From NCBI RefSeq assembly GCF_964195595.1, contig NW_027441456.1:808127-872126 (forward strand): DNA of 64,000 nucleotides. Reading direction: 5' to 3'. Positions 54,730 through 64,000 of this stretch are shown piece by piece. Positions within the stretch are counted from its first letter, which is position 1, and each line of letters begins with the position of its first letter. This DNA is from Calonectris borealis. Lineage: Eukaryota. Both the position numbers and the translations under genes were made by a program. The notes under the pieces were generated by a model. That model was not told the DNA's origin. It saw nothing but the letters and a program-made list of their open reading frames with translations, and made no database searches.

Positions 54730-54900
54730 CGCAGTCTCTCCAGCAGGCAGGCTGGATGCTTCAGCCCCTCGCACAGCAGCCGCACCCCAGCGTCTCCCAC
54801 CTGCCTGTCTTGCACGTCCAGCTCCCGCAGACTCTGGCTGGTGCTGAGTGCGGCGGCCAGGTCCCTGCAGCCGCGGCTGGTGAGCTGGCACTGCCACAGG
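54730..54900 (-). CDS. NLR LRR exon a (171 bp): (L)[56 protein letters not shown]
   Basis: Acceptor 'ctctctgcag', donor 'ggtgagagac'. Consensus of NLRP LRR exons (C..L...C..L..LS.N.SL.ELDLS.N.LGD.G...LC..L..P.C.L..L.L). Confidence 0.8.
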
Positions 54901-57900
54901 CTGCAGAGAGATGCACCAAAGAGGGGCTGGGAGTTATCAGAGCCACCGGGACAGATGCAGCCCCCCACCACGCTCTCAGCAGCCTCAGTCTTGCCTATGG
55001 GCTCCGGGGAGGAGGGTAGCTCCAAGGAGCCACGGGGATCAGCAGAACCTGATCCTGGCCCGTGTGTGGCCCCAGCGCGCTATGCCTTGTTTGGGGTAGG
55101 AGTATCCCTCTCCGCCTTCCCCACCCTGGGGAGGGGTTCCTCGGGCTCTGGTTTTCCCCACCCCAAGCTGATGTTCCCAGGGGACCTGGGCCAGGTTGGA
55201 CAACCCCTCTCCCTCAACGCCCCGTAGCAGGGCCTTCAGATACCTTCCTGAGGCTCAAGGGCTGTGAACACAAGTTCTATCAGGTGGAGAAGGACTCGAC
55301 TCCTCCTCTCCAGTCTCTGGTCACATGCAGGAAGCACAAGGGCATTACACACAGGGATTTGGGATTATCTCTCCAGCAGGATTCAGGTGGGCAGAATGAT
55401 CTGCCTGCTTGAGAGAAAGGCTGGCATTTTGGTTGGTTTGTTTCTAAGAAACAGAACAGTTTTCTCACCTGAGTGTCTTCAATTTGCTCCTTGGATTCCC
55501 TACAGCTTGATGGAGCAGGCACAGAGATGACGACTGTGACTGCTCTGTCTGGCATGGCTGCCTGGAGAAGTGAAGAGGAGATGCTCTGCATGAGAGGTGG
55601 CAAGCTGGATTCGTTACTAGTTCACAAGCATCAAAACAGCATGTCAGGGAGCATGACCTCCCACTCAAAACAGGATGGTGTGTATTCCCAGTTCATCGCA
55701 AATCATTTGAAAACCAGATGAGGCTCACACCATGCAATGCTGGGTCAGACATTCAAGACATTGAGAGTAATCACCAATGCTGTGTGTTGTACACAGCTAC
55801 CTTAGCGTGACCGTTCACTCAGCTTTTGGCGTAACATGTGGCTCACACCAAGACCCAATGTGTGCTGGGAGCAGCACCATTAGGTCAAAGCGAGAGCAGC
55901 ATGTTCGCAGAACACGCTGGACATGCATTGTGATGGAGAAGCTAGGTTAGGTAACTATTTCTCTCACAGACACGCGAGTTGGAGAATTTGCAAGATAGGA
56001 GAACATGAGAGGTATTTGAGAAGGTGTAGTGAATCCACAAATTAATGAATTAGAGAATTCACGTGATAGACTAATCTGTACAAAGGGGATTGAGCCTTTG
56101 CTTGATTTATTTTTAACCAGATGAGCTCACGAAATAAATTTTAATTTATAAAGTGTAAATTGTCCTGTAAATTTGAAAGATCCAAATGAACCATGACACT
56201 TACCCATGCAAAGACTTTTGCTATCCACATACAAAGACTATGCTTGATCTGGTCAGGTTTGTAGGAGGGCTTCCCAGGGAAGGCAAGCTGGTGGCTTTCA
56301 TTCTCATCAACAAACCCTTGAGGAGCAGGGCACTGGGCTGCCTGGACACTGGACAGAGCTCTCCAGAAATGTCTCAGCCTCTAAACAGATCCAAAGGTTC
56401 CTCTGGAATTCCAGGAACAGAGATGCTTGCGCGAACTGAAACTGCCCCATGGCAAGAGCGAGCAACCCAGGTCCCTATGCAGGGGATGGGAATGGGAGCA
56501 CATCCACAGCCTTCCCTTGCGCTGCTAATCGTTTCCTTCATAAGATGCAGTTCCTTTCTGAGCATTAATTACCACTGTTGGGAAAAGGGCAACTGCGCTC
56601 CCCACTGAGCACACAGCTCCCACAGGGAAAAACCACACGGACCGAGTCCAGCCGGGTAATGACAGCTGGTGCCATCAGCAGTAGCCCGGAGCCCTGGTAT
56701 GAGGGAAAGAAGCTACCTCAGGGAGTTGGCTATGGGATACAGCCCTTGAGGGGCTGTGTCTGAACAGGTCTGAGAACACTCGGAGCCACAGCTCACCCAG
56801 AGTCCAGGTGGACATGCTGTTTGGGGCTACCCGTTCACCAGCCCCCACGCCTGTTCACTGCAATTTGGACCAGGACAATAAACCTGCTTGCGTCTGACTT
56901 GCTTGTGCTCTCAAGGCATTCCTCACCACTCTTTCCCTGCTGTTGGGGAGAGAACTCTGGGAGCTCTCTTCCCGACACTGATGGGGAAACAGGTGCAGGG
57001 TAGTGCCCAATACTACCATCCCTTCCCAAACTCCTTGCCGGTCCCACTGCTGACCATGGAAGTGCAGCTACAGTGCCGTGGAAGCGGCAGCTGCTGCTGC
57101 TTTTCCAGTTTAACAAATACCTTCCAAGGGAAGAAGATTGTGCTTTGACAGTTGCCCGATGCCACAAGAAAGCCTCGCCACAATGAGAAGGTTGCACCCC
57201 GTAGGGGAGAGGGGATACAGACAAAAACTGCGCTTTTACAGGGGTTATGGTTTTTCCGGTACAGAACTCCTGATAAGCCCTCTGCAGCATGAGCCATCTC
57301 TTGCCCTGTCTCAGGGGTCCAGGCTCATTTTGTGCTGTGCTGAGCATCTCCAGCTCACTCAGGGCACTTGCCCTGGCCATATTGCTGAGAGGCGAACAGA
57401 TCCCTCCTAGCTGGGTACCAGAGCCCTCTGCCTGATCAAGCACAGCACTCTCGTGAGCAGAGTCTCACAAGAGACTCTGCCAGCCTGCAGATAAGAGTCA
57501 AACAGGTCAAGGGAGAAGCAACAGCCCATGGCCATTTAGCGCACGTGCCCCGGGCAAGTGCAGGATTGCAGCTTAACCCCTTCCAAACTCACACAGGATG
57601 GCCCAAGCTTTTTGCTCTCTGCTTCTTTGCTAGGACTCTCTCTGAATGCAAGTCAAACCTTCCAGCCTTTCAGACCAAGGACTACAGGGAAAGGGGTAGT
57701 GAAAAAAAACAGGTTTGCATTTTCAGGAAAAGCAAATGAAAATGCCTTTAAAAATACCTTTTGCAGTGTATCCCCCTACTAGGGCAACGCAGTGGAGATA
57801 AGCGCTTGTATTTCCCGCAGAGAAACACCACTCTGGCTTGGTACTTTCCTGGACCTAGGAGAAGAGGCTTTGTAGACACAGTGGATAGCTAACATAGCTC

Positions 57901-58181
57901 TGCAGCTCCGCAGCTCCTTTATGGAACTGCCCACAGTGTCAACTCCATCAGCATGGTCTCCACAAGAGCCTTAGTCAATCAGTAATGAAATGAGTAACCA
58001 TGCCGAGAGTGTAGGGGAAAGAGTTTTTTAGTAGGAAAGCAAGAAGAGTCCCTTCACTGTAATAGCATTAGTTTGCTGGGAAAGACTTTCTACTATTTTT
58101 AGTTCGTAGAAAGGGAGAGAAGATCAACTTACTGGTTCAGGGAACTTTGTCACTGCGGTTGTCAGACAATACAATACTTAC

Positions 58182-59898
58182 AGACATGATCGCTCTGGGG
58201 GTCCTGGAATGACCTTGTTTTCATGGTCTTCCCATGTAAGGAAGCACCATTCAAGATGAAGGGAGTCCAGTCCTTTCCAGGGTTTGACACAGAATGAGAG
58301 AACCCTTTGATCAAATTGGGTCAGGCTGATGTCTCTCAGAACGATCCCCGTAAAATGCTCCAATGCATTGCTCACAAACGTTTCTTCATGACTCTCAAAC
58401 AAACAGTGAAATATATTCAAGTCAAAAACCACCTTATCAGAACTTGAAGCTACTCCTTGGCTTATCTGAGTCCACCTCAGCAAGTCTTCCTCAATTTGAG
58501 GTGAAGTTTCACATCCAGTTATTTCTTTCAGCTTCTTCTTTAGTTCATTGTTTAACAGGCCAAACAGGAATCGCACCACTAATATAAAACGTGTTTTACA
58601 TTCATTGTAGTTTTCAAGCACTACATTTATTCTTTTCTCAGGAGTCTCCGAGTGTCCCCTTGTGTCTTCACTGTCCCCCAGTGCATAGAACAATGCTGCA
58701 AAAAACTCTTGAAAGCTCAGATGAACGAAGCTGTAGACATTCACGCACTCCCTACCTTTTCTTAGAACACTCTCACTCAGAAAAAGGGAGCATAAAACTT
58801 GGTGATTTAAGCCATGTTCCTTGATCTCCTTTTCCTCAAACAGGATCTCCTGCCTCCAGATTCCATCAGCAGCCAGGCAGCAAAGTCTGCCCAGGAACTT
58901 CTTCAGATCCTGCTTCAGATCTTCTTTCCCACACTTGAGTAATGTGGAAAGGTAGGACACATACAGCTCTGTGATTGTTGTAGAAGGCTGTGAAAGATCA
59001 TTCCCTTCATCAAGTTCTTGTTCAAGGGCAGTGCAGACGGTCCAACATATGATGGGTACAAGGCACATGGTAAAAAGAGTGTCATTTCTTTTGACAAAGC
59101 TAATGGCTTTCCTTGCTTTGTCTTCATCCATGAAGAACTTGCGGAAATATTCCTCCCTCTCAGCTTCTGAAAAACCCAGTATCTCTGCAAAACACTCTGT
59201 CTTTAAACACTGCCCCAGACTTTGAAGAGCCGTTGGTCTTGTGGTGATGAGTAAGGAGGACTCCGAAAGGAGAGTCTTCTCCAATAAACTGCTCAGAATA
59301 ATTTCTACGGGCTTCTTTTCCTCAGCACTTGAGCATAATTTACATTTTGGTTGATCCAAGGAAAACCTCAGTTCATCAAAGCCATCAATGATGAACAGAA
59401 GCTTCTGGGGACTAGCCAGGATCTCGTCAAGTGGTGCCCATCGATCAGGACAGCAATCTGACATCAAGTCACCCAGACTCAGCAAGTCCTCTTGCTGAGA
59501 AAGGTTGATCTCTCTACAGCTTATGTAGAAGGCATAGTCAAACTGTGCGTAAAGAGCTCCTTTTGCCCAGTCTAACATGATCTTTCTTGATGTCATTGTC
59601 TTTCCAATACCTGCAGCTCCCACCAGCACAATGATCTGTGGTATTTGCCCTTTTTTATCAGGCTGAAAAAGAGTTTCCACAGTGATGGTACGTTTAGCAC
59701 CTTCTCCTCTGACCTCCTCGTGTCTCTGCCTGAGACGCAGGACCTCATGTTCTTGTTCAGTTGTGTTGTGAGTCTTTGTAACCATCATCAGCTTTGCATA
59801 TCTGCTGCTTAGAGTCACATTCTCACCCAGGCGAGTGTTCACCTCTTTAAATGTACAGAACTCTCTTGCTACATAGTCTCTGTACTTCTGCCTGTAAT
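58182..59898 (-). CDS. NLRP3-like NACHT exon (1717 bp, phase 1 in, phase 2 out). Contains Walker A 'GAAGIGKT', Walker B 'LLFIIDGFDEL', then NACHT-associated/winged-helix region.
   Basis: ORF 58178..59926 (582 aa). Acceptor 'ggtttag' at 59899-59905, donor 'gtaagtattg' at 58181. Close similarity to human NLRP3 (DYRKKYRKYV..., GAAGIGKTILARKMMLDWA, ILFLMDGFDEL, LLITTRPVAL, EILGFSEAKRKEYF, LFTMCFIPLVCWIVCT, SFIHMTFQEFFAA...). Confidence 0.9.
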
Positions 59899-60823
59899 CT
59901 AAACCAATGAGAAACATAAGCACCACCCCCTAATAAAGGCAAACTTCTCATTAGCCCCTCATCATTAAAATTATTCCCACAACACATTCCCAGTACACTG
60001 CAGTTGTTTTACATGTCTGTTTTAGAAGACTTCCAAAGACCTTTACAACGGCTTATGCTGAGCAACCATCTGAGCAGGCCTCTCTACCTTTTATTTAGGG
60101 AAGGTGGGGGGAACCAGCTCCTCTTCACACAGCTCCATTAAGTACCACCAAGTAGGGCAGAAGGAACCCAAGGGGGGAAGAACACCTTCATGGGAAAGAC
60201 TGGTGAGCATTTACTTGGAAAACAGTTGCTAAGCATACTCCTCTTTCTGTAAAGCAGAAGAGGACTTCCACCTTAATTTCTCAAATGGAAGACACATGGT
60301 TCCTCTGGCCCAAATCAGACTTGGAGGGCAGAGGTCCAGTCAACCTCCACTGCAATAAGCAGGTGATACTGTCGGTTGATTAGAGATCACCCATTGTATC
60401 ACCTCTCTTCCTTCAAACTCTGCCAGAAAAGGAGAATCTGAATTGTCCCTTGTATTCCCTAGGTGCGTAGATGGCTCTGCACCACTATCTCCTGGCTGAG
60501 ATAGCTGCACGTAGCATAGGCACTTCTGCTGAAATGGCACATACCGTCAGCTAATACATACCGTTCCAAGACTGGGAGCTGAAACTGCAAAATGAACATG
60601 AGTATTAGCACAGTGGTGTGGCAAAGTCCCACAGACAATGTTCAGAGGCAGTGGATCCCTCTGGTGCCTGCCTAAAATCCCAGAGGATAAAGCAGATTTC
60701 TGCTACTGATATTGCCACACAAGCACTGTGAACACTCCCTGCCCTCTGCAAATCAACCTGCCTTTACATTGGGAAGAAACCCCTCTCCTCCCAGGGAACC
60801 CCAGGTCCCACATGGGGACATTA

Positions 60824-61275
60824 GAATCATAGAATTGTTAAGGTTGGAAAAGACCTCTAAGATCATCGAGTCCAACCGTCAACCCAACACCACCACGCCC
60901 ACTACACCATGTCCCTAAGCGCCTCATCTACACATCTTTTAAATACTTCCAGGGATGGTGACTCCACCACGTCCCTGGGCAGCCTGTTCCAAGGCCTGAC
61001 CACTCTTTCAGTAAAGAAATATCTCCTGATGTCCAATCTAAACCTCCCTTGGCACAACTTGAGGCCATTTCCTCTCATCCTATCGCTGGTTACTTGGGAG
61101 AAGAGACCAACACCCACCTCGCTACAACCTCCTTTCAGGTAGTTGTAGAGCACGATGAGGTCTCCCCTCAGCCTCCTCTTCTCCAGGCTAAACAACCCCA
61201 GTTCCCTCAGCCGCTCCCCATCAGACTTGTGCTCCAGACCCTTCACCAGCTTCGTTGCCCTTCTTCTTTCCCAGA
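60824..61275 (-). mobile_element. CR1 3' fragment, upstream of the NLR NACHT exon
   Basis: Minus-strand ORF 60902..61312 '...[47 protein letters not shown]'. 3' end 'tagaatcatagaattgttaaggttggaaaagacc'. Near-identical to the CR1 at 28571. Confidence 0.9.
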
Positions 61276-61399
61276 GCAGAAGAAATTGCCTGACCTGTGG
61301 GCCACAACCCACCCCACCTGATCAAGAGGGCAGGGCACGTAGCACCCCAGGAAAAAGGGAGGAGTCATGGCAGCAGTCCCCGAAACCGGCATGTAGGGC

Positions 61400-62470
61400 A
61401 TTGGCAGGAGGGTGTCCTTGCAGTTCCTCTCCCCAGCAAGGAGAGCACTGGGCTCCTCTCCTTCTCCCCTTTCCCCGGGACTTGAAATCTGCCCTCACCC
61501 CTCCGAGGAGGAGCTTGCTTTGCACTTTTTCCAGGGAGCAGGCAGAAAAGGAAAGAAGAGGAGTAGTGACCCCCTGCCTCCTCACCTTCCTCCTCCTCCT
61601 GCCCCAGCTGAGCTGCCGTGCCTCCGGCCGACCCCTGCCAGCACCGCATGGCCACCTCCACCCACAGCAACCTCTGGCCCCAGCGCGCGCACGCGCGCTC
61701 AGCAGCCGCGACTGCGGCATCGGTTGCCTCAAACCAACCTCTGGGCAGGCTCTGCGCGCCTCCGTAACCCCTACGTCACAATCCAAACGTGCCCAGGGCG
61801 AGATCCCCCCGCGCTTCCGAGAGGGCCTCGCGGCGGCTCCTCTCTCGCGCCACCGGGCGCTGCTACGGTCGCCCCGGGAACAGGGGCCGGGGTCCTGCCG
61901 AAACGCCCTCCCGAGCCCGCGGCGCCCCCCGAGCCGCTGCCGCCGCCGCTGCCGCGGGCCCGGCGCCGAGGGGCGCGGCCGGGCCGAGCGCGGAGCGGAC
62001 CCGGCCGGGCGGAGCTCAGCCCGCCGCTGCCGCGCCCCCGGCCCCGGGGCTGGCCCGGCCCCGCCCCACCCCGGCCCCGCCCCCCGGCCCCGCGGCCCCG
62101 GCCCCGGTGCGGCTGCGGCAGCCGGGAGCGGCCCCGCCGGAGGGCCCGGCCCCGGGGGAGGGGCGGGCTCCGGTGTGCGACGGGCACGGGCAGCCCCGGG
62201 GGAGGAGGGGGCTCCGGTATGAAACTGCGGTGCGAGCTCCGGCGTGCGGGGGGCGCACGCTTGGCTGGGGGGCGGGGCGGGGGCTCCAGTCCGCAGGTGC
62301 CTGTATTGGGCGGAATCAGCAGGGTTTTGGGAGCGGGGACCTGCAGGGATGACGCTTTGGAGGCGGCGGCGGGCTGCCCCGTGCCGGGCCCGGCCGGCTC
62401 CTGCACGGCTGGCACAGAGCGGTGCCGTGGCTGCGATGGACGGTCCCACGCTCCACTCTGGACGTTGGAG
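61400..62470. promoter_or_regulatory. CpG island (>75% GC) ~1.5 kb upstream of the NLR NACHT exon. Candidate promoter/5' exon region of the NLR gene or of a divergent gene.
   Basis: Dense CpG (gcgcgcacgcgcgctc, gccccggccccggggctggcccggccccgcccc...). All long ORFs here (up to 392 aa, both strands) are Pro/Arg/Gly/Ala low-complexity artefacts. Confidence 0.6.
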
Positions 62471-62606
62471 CTGTTCTAGGGTTTTCCTACAAGAAGACAA
62501 GACCGTCTGAGAGGCACCTGCCCGCCCCCTTCGCCTGCTGCTGGCCCACCACGTACCAGGGCAGGAGTGACCTCAGAAGCACTTACCCATCCACGGCCTT
62601 AGAGCC

Positions 62607-63410
62607 GTAGAATCATGGAATGATTTGGGTTGGAAGGGGTCTTCCAAGATCATCCAGTTACAACACCCTGCCATGGGCAGGGACATCTTCCACTAGATGA
62701 GGTTGCTCAAAGCCCCCGACCAACCTGACCTTGAACACTTCCAGGGGTGGGACATCCACAGCTTCTCTGGGCAACCTGTGCCAGTGTCTCACCACCCTCA
62801 GAGTAAAAAATGTCTTCCTCATATCTAATCTAAATCTACCCTCTTTCAGTTTAAAACTGTTATCCCTTGTCCTGTCACTACAGGCCTTGGTAAAAAGTCT
62901 CTCTCCATCTTTCTTATACGCCTCCTTTATATATGGAAAGACCACAATAAAGTGTCCCTGAAGCCTTCTCTTCTCCAGGCTGAACACCCCCAACTCTCTC
63001 AGCCTTTCTTCACAGGAGAGGTGTAACAGCCCTCAGGATCATTTTCACAGCCTTCACCTGGACTTGCTCTGACAGGTCCATGTCTTTCCTGTGCTGGGGA
63101 CCCCAGAGCTGGATGCAGTGCTCCAGGTGGGTTCTCATGAGAGCGGAGTAGAGGGGCAGAATCATCTCCCTCGACGTGCTGGCCACGCTTCTTTTGATGC
63201 AGCCCAGGATATGACTGGCTTTCTGGGCTGTGAGCGCACATTGCTGGCTCCTGTCCAATTTGTCACCTACCGGTACCCCCAAGTCCTTCTCGGCAGGGCT
63301 GCTCTCAATCCCTTCATCCCCCAGTCTGTGCTGGTACTGGGGATTGCCCCAACCCGGGTGCAGGACCTTGCACTTGGCCTTGTTGCACTTCTTTCTTGCC
63401 TGCCATGTAC
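62607..63410 (-). mobile_element. CR1 fragment flanked by a 27-bp direct repeat
   Basis: Minus-strand ORFs 62658..62993 (...RFRLDMRKTFFTLRVVRHWHRLPREAVDVPPLEVFKVRL) and 63010..63282 (...[23 protein letters not shown]). 'gggcaggagtgacctcagaagcac' occurs at 62556-62580 and 63414-63437. Confidence 0.85.
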
Positions 63411-64000
63411 TGGGGCAGGAGTGACCTCAGAAGCACAAGCAAAGCCCCAAACTTCTTTCTGGTGGATCAGGTCCTCGAGGAGAAGTGACCTCACTCACAC
63501 GGACTGTTGTGCACCTTGAGGTGCTGGTCTGTGGCAATCCCAGTAAGGAAGGCGCTCAGACTCCTTAAGGTGTCATTCACTGCTGTTCATTAGCGCTGGT
63601 GCTGTCCCTCAAGTGGGGTTCGTTACCCTGTGTGCAATAAGCCAATCTCACACACAGAGCCGAGATATTTATTTCTCTCCTGTCTGCTAGCACCTCTCAG
63701 TTAACACACGGTAAGCATTTTATACATTCCCAGCGACAGTTATCAGTCCTTTCACATCTACACTTCGTCATCCTTGCTTCTATTGGTTCTTGTAATGCCT
63801 TGTCTGCACTTAAAGTCACAGTGTCCTTTCTTTTTACTGCGCATGTTCAGTGGGGAAGGGGCTTTGTTGGGTAGGGGGCTTTCCTGCCCGTGGGTGGGGT
63901 TTTTACTATGCTAACTAGAATAGGGCAGAATAGGTCAGACTACTCGAGAGGAATTTGCTGGGAAACAATGGGGTTAATTGGCAGCTCTTCTCAAGGATGT

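Larger units (their letters stand above)
42531..59898 (-). other. NLRP3-like NLR gene (NACHT, LRR and PYD domains-containing protein 3-like). Identified part is the NACHT exon plus 7 LRR exons. The 5' (PYD) and 3'-terminal exons were not located.
   Basis: See the exon entries. The exon structure (single ~1.7-kb NACHT exon, then 171-bp phase-2 LRR exons each encoding two ribonuclease-inhibitor-type LRRs) is the hallmark of NLRP genes. Confidence 0.85.

Noticed and set aside
42531-54900. Regularly spaced ~171-bp near-identical elements that could superficially suggest a CRISPR-like array or prokaryotic defence island
   Set aside because: The context is vertebrate (CR1 LINEs, spliced ACADM). 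The repeats are protein-coding LRR exons with splice sites, spacing is irregular (0.7-5 kb), and no cas or operon structure exists.
56835-57443. 202-aa minus-strand ORF within the intron between the NACHT exon and the first LRR exon
   Set aside because: No LRR or NLR-linker similarity, no splice-site context fitting phase 2. Likely random.
60340-60540. Minus-strand ORF 'MPFQQKCLCYVQ...' immediately upstream of the NACHT exon as a candidate PYD exon
   Set aside because: No similarity to pyrin/DAPIN domain motifs and no obvious phase-1 donor. Not supported.
61155-62510. Very long ORFs (355-392 aa) on both strands in the 61.4-62.5 kb CpG island and at 16542-17422
   Set aside because: These are classic GC-rich artefacts: few stop codons at >75% GC and Arg/Pro/Gly/Ala homopolymeric translations on both strands simultaneously.

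Overview
This window is vertebrate nuclear DNA, most likely from a bird (possibly a reptile). The evidence is many CR1 (chicken-repeat-1) LINE fragments, very GC-rich CpG islands, and intron-exon genes with canonical GT/AG splice sites. There are no prokaryotic operons or CRISPR arrays. Four things are present. (1) Bases 1-16.4 kb hold a tandem macrosatellite: two full and two partial copies of a ~5.93-kb unit at >98% identity, ending against a CpG island at 16.6-17.4 kb that is the non-decayed homolog of part of the unit. (2) A complete medium-chain acyl-CoA dehydrogenase gene (ACADM) lies on the minus strand, 12 coding exons from 20095 to 34315, with its promoter CpG island at 33.5-34.55 kb. 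(3) A GC-rich minisatellite-laden spacer occupies 35.8-39.8 kb. (4) An NLRP3-like innate-immune NLR gene lies on the minus strand: one 1717-bp NACHT exon (58182-59898) followed by at least seven 171-bp LRR exons (54900 down to 42531). The LRR exons sit in recently duplicated exon-plus-flank cassettes interspersed with CR1 insertions. A further CpG island (61.4-62.5 kb) and two CR1 copies lie upstream. The PYD/5' exons and the 3'-terminal exon of the NLR gene were not located. Almost all ORFs in the supplied six-frame track are spurious (repeat copies, CpG-island GC-rich frames, CR1 ORF2 remnants, antisense of LRR exons).
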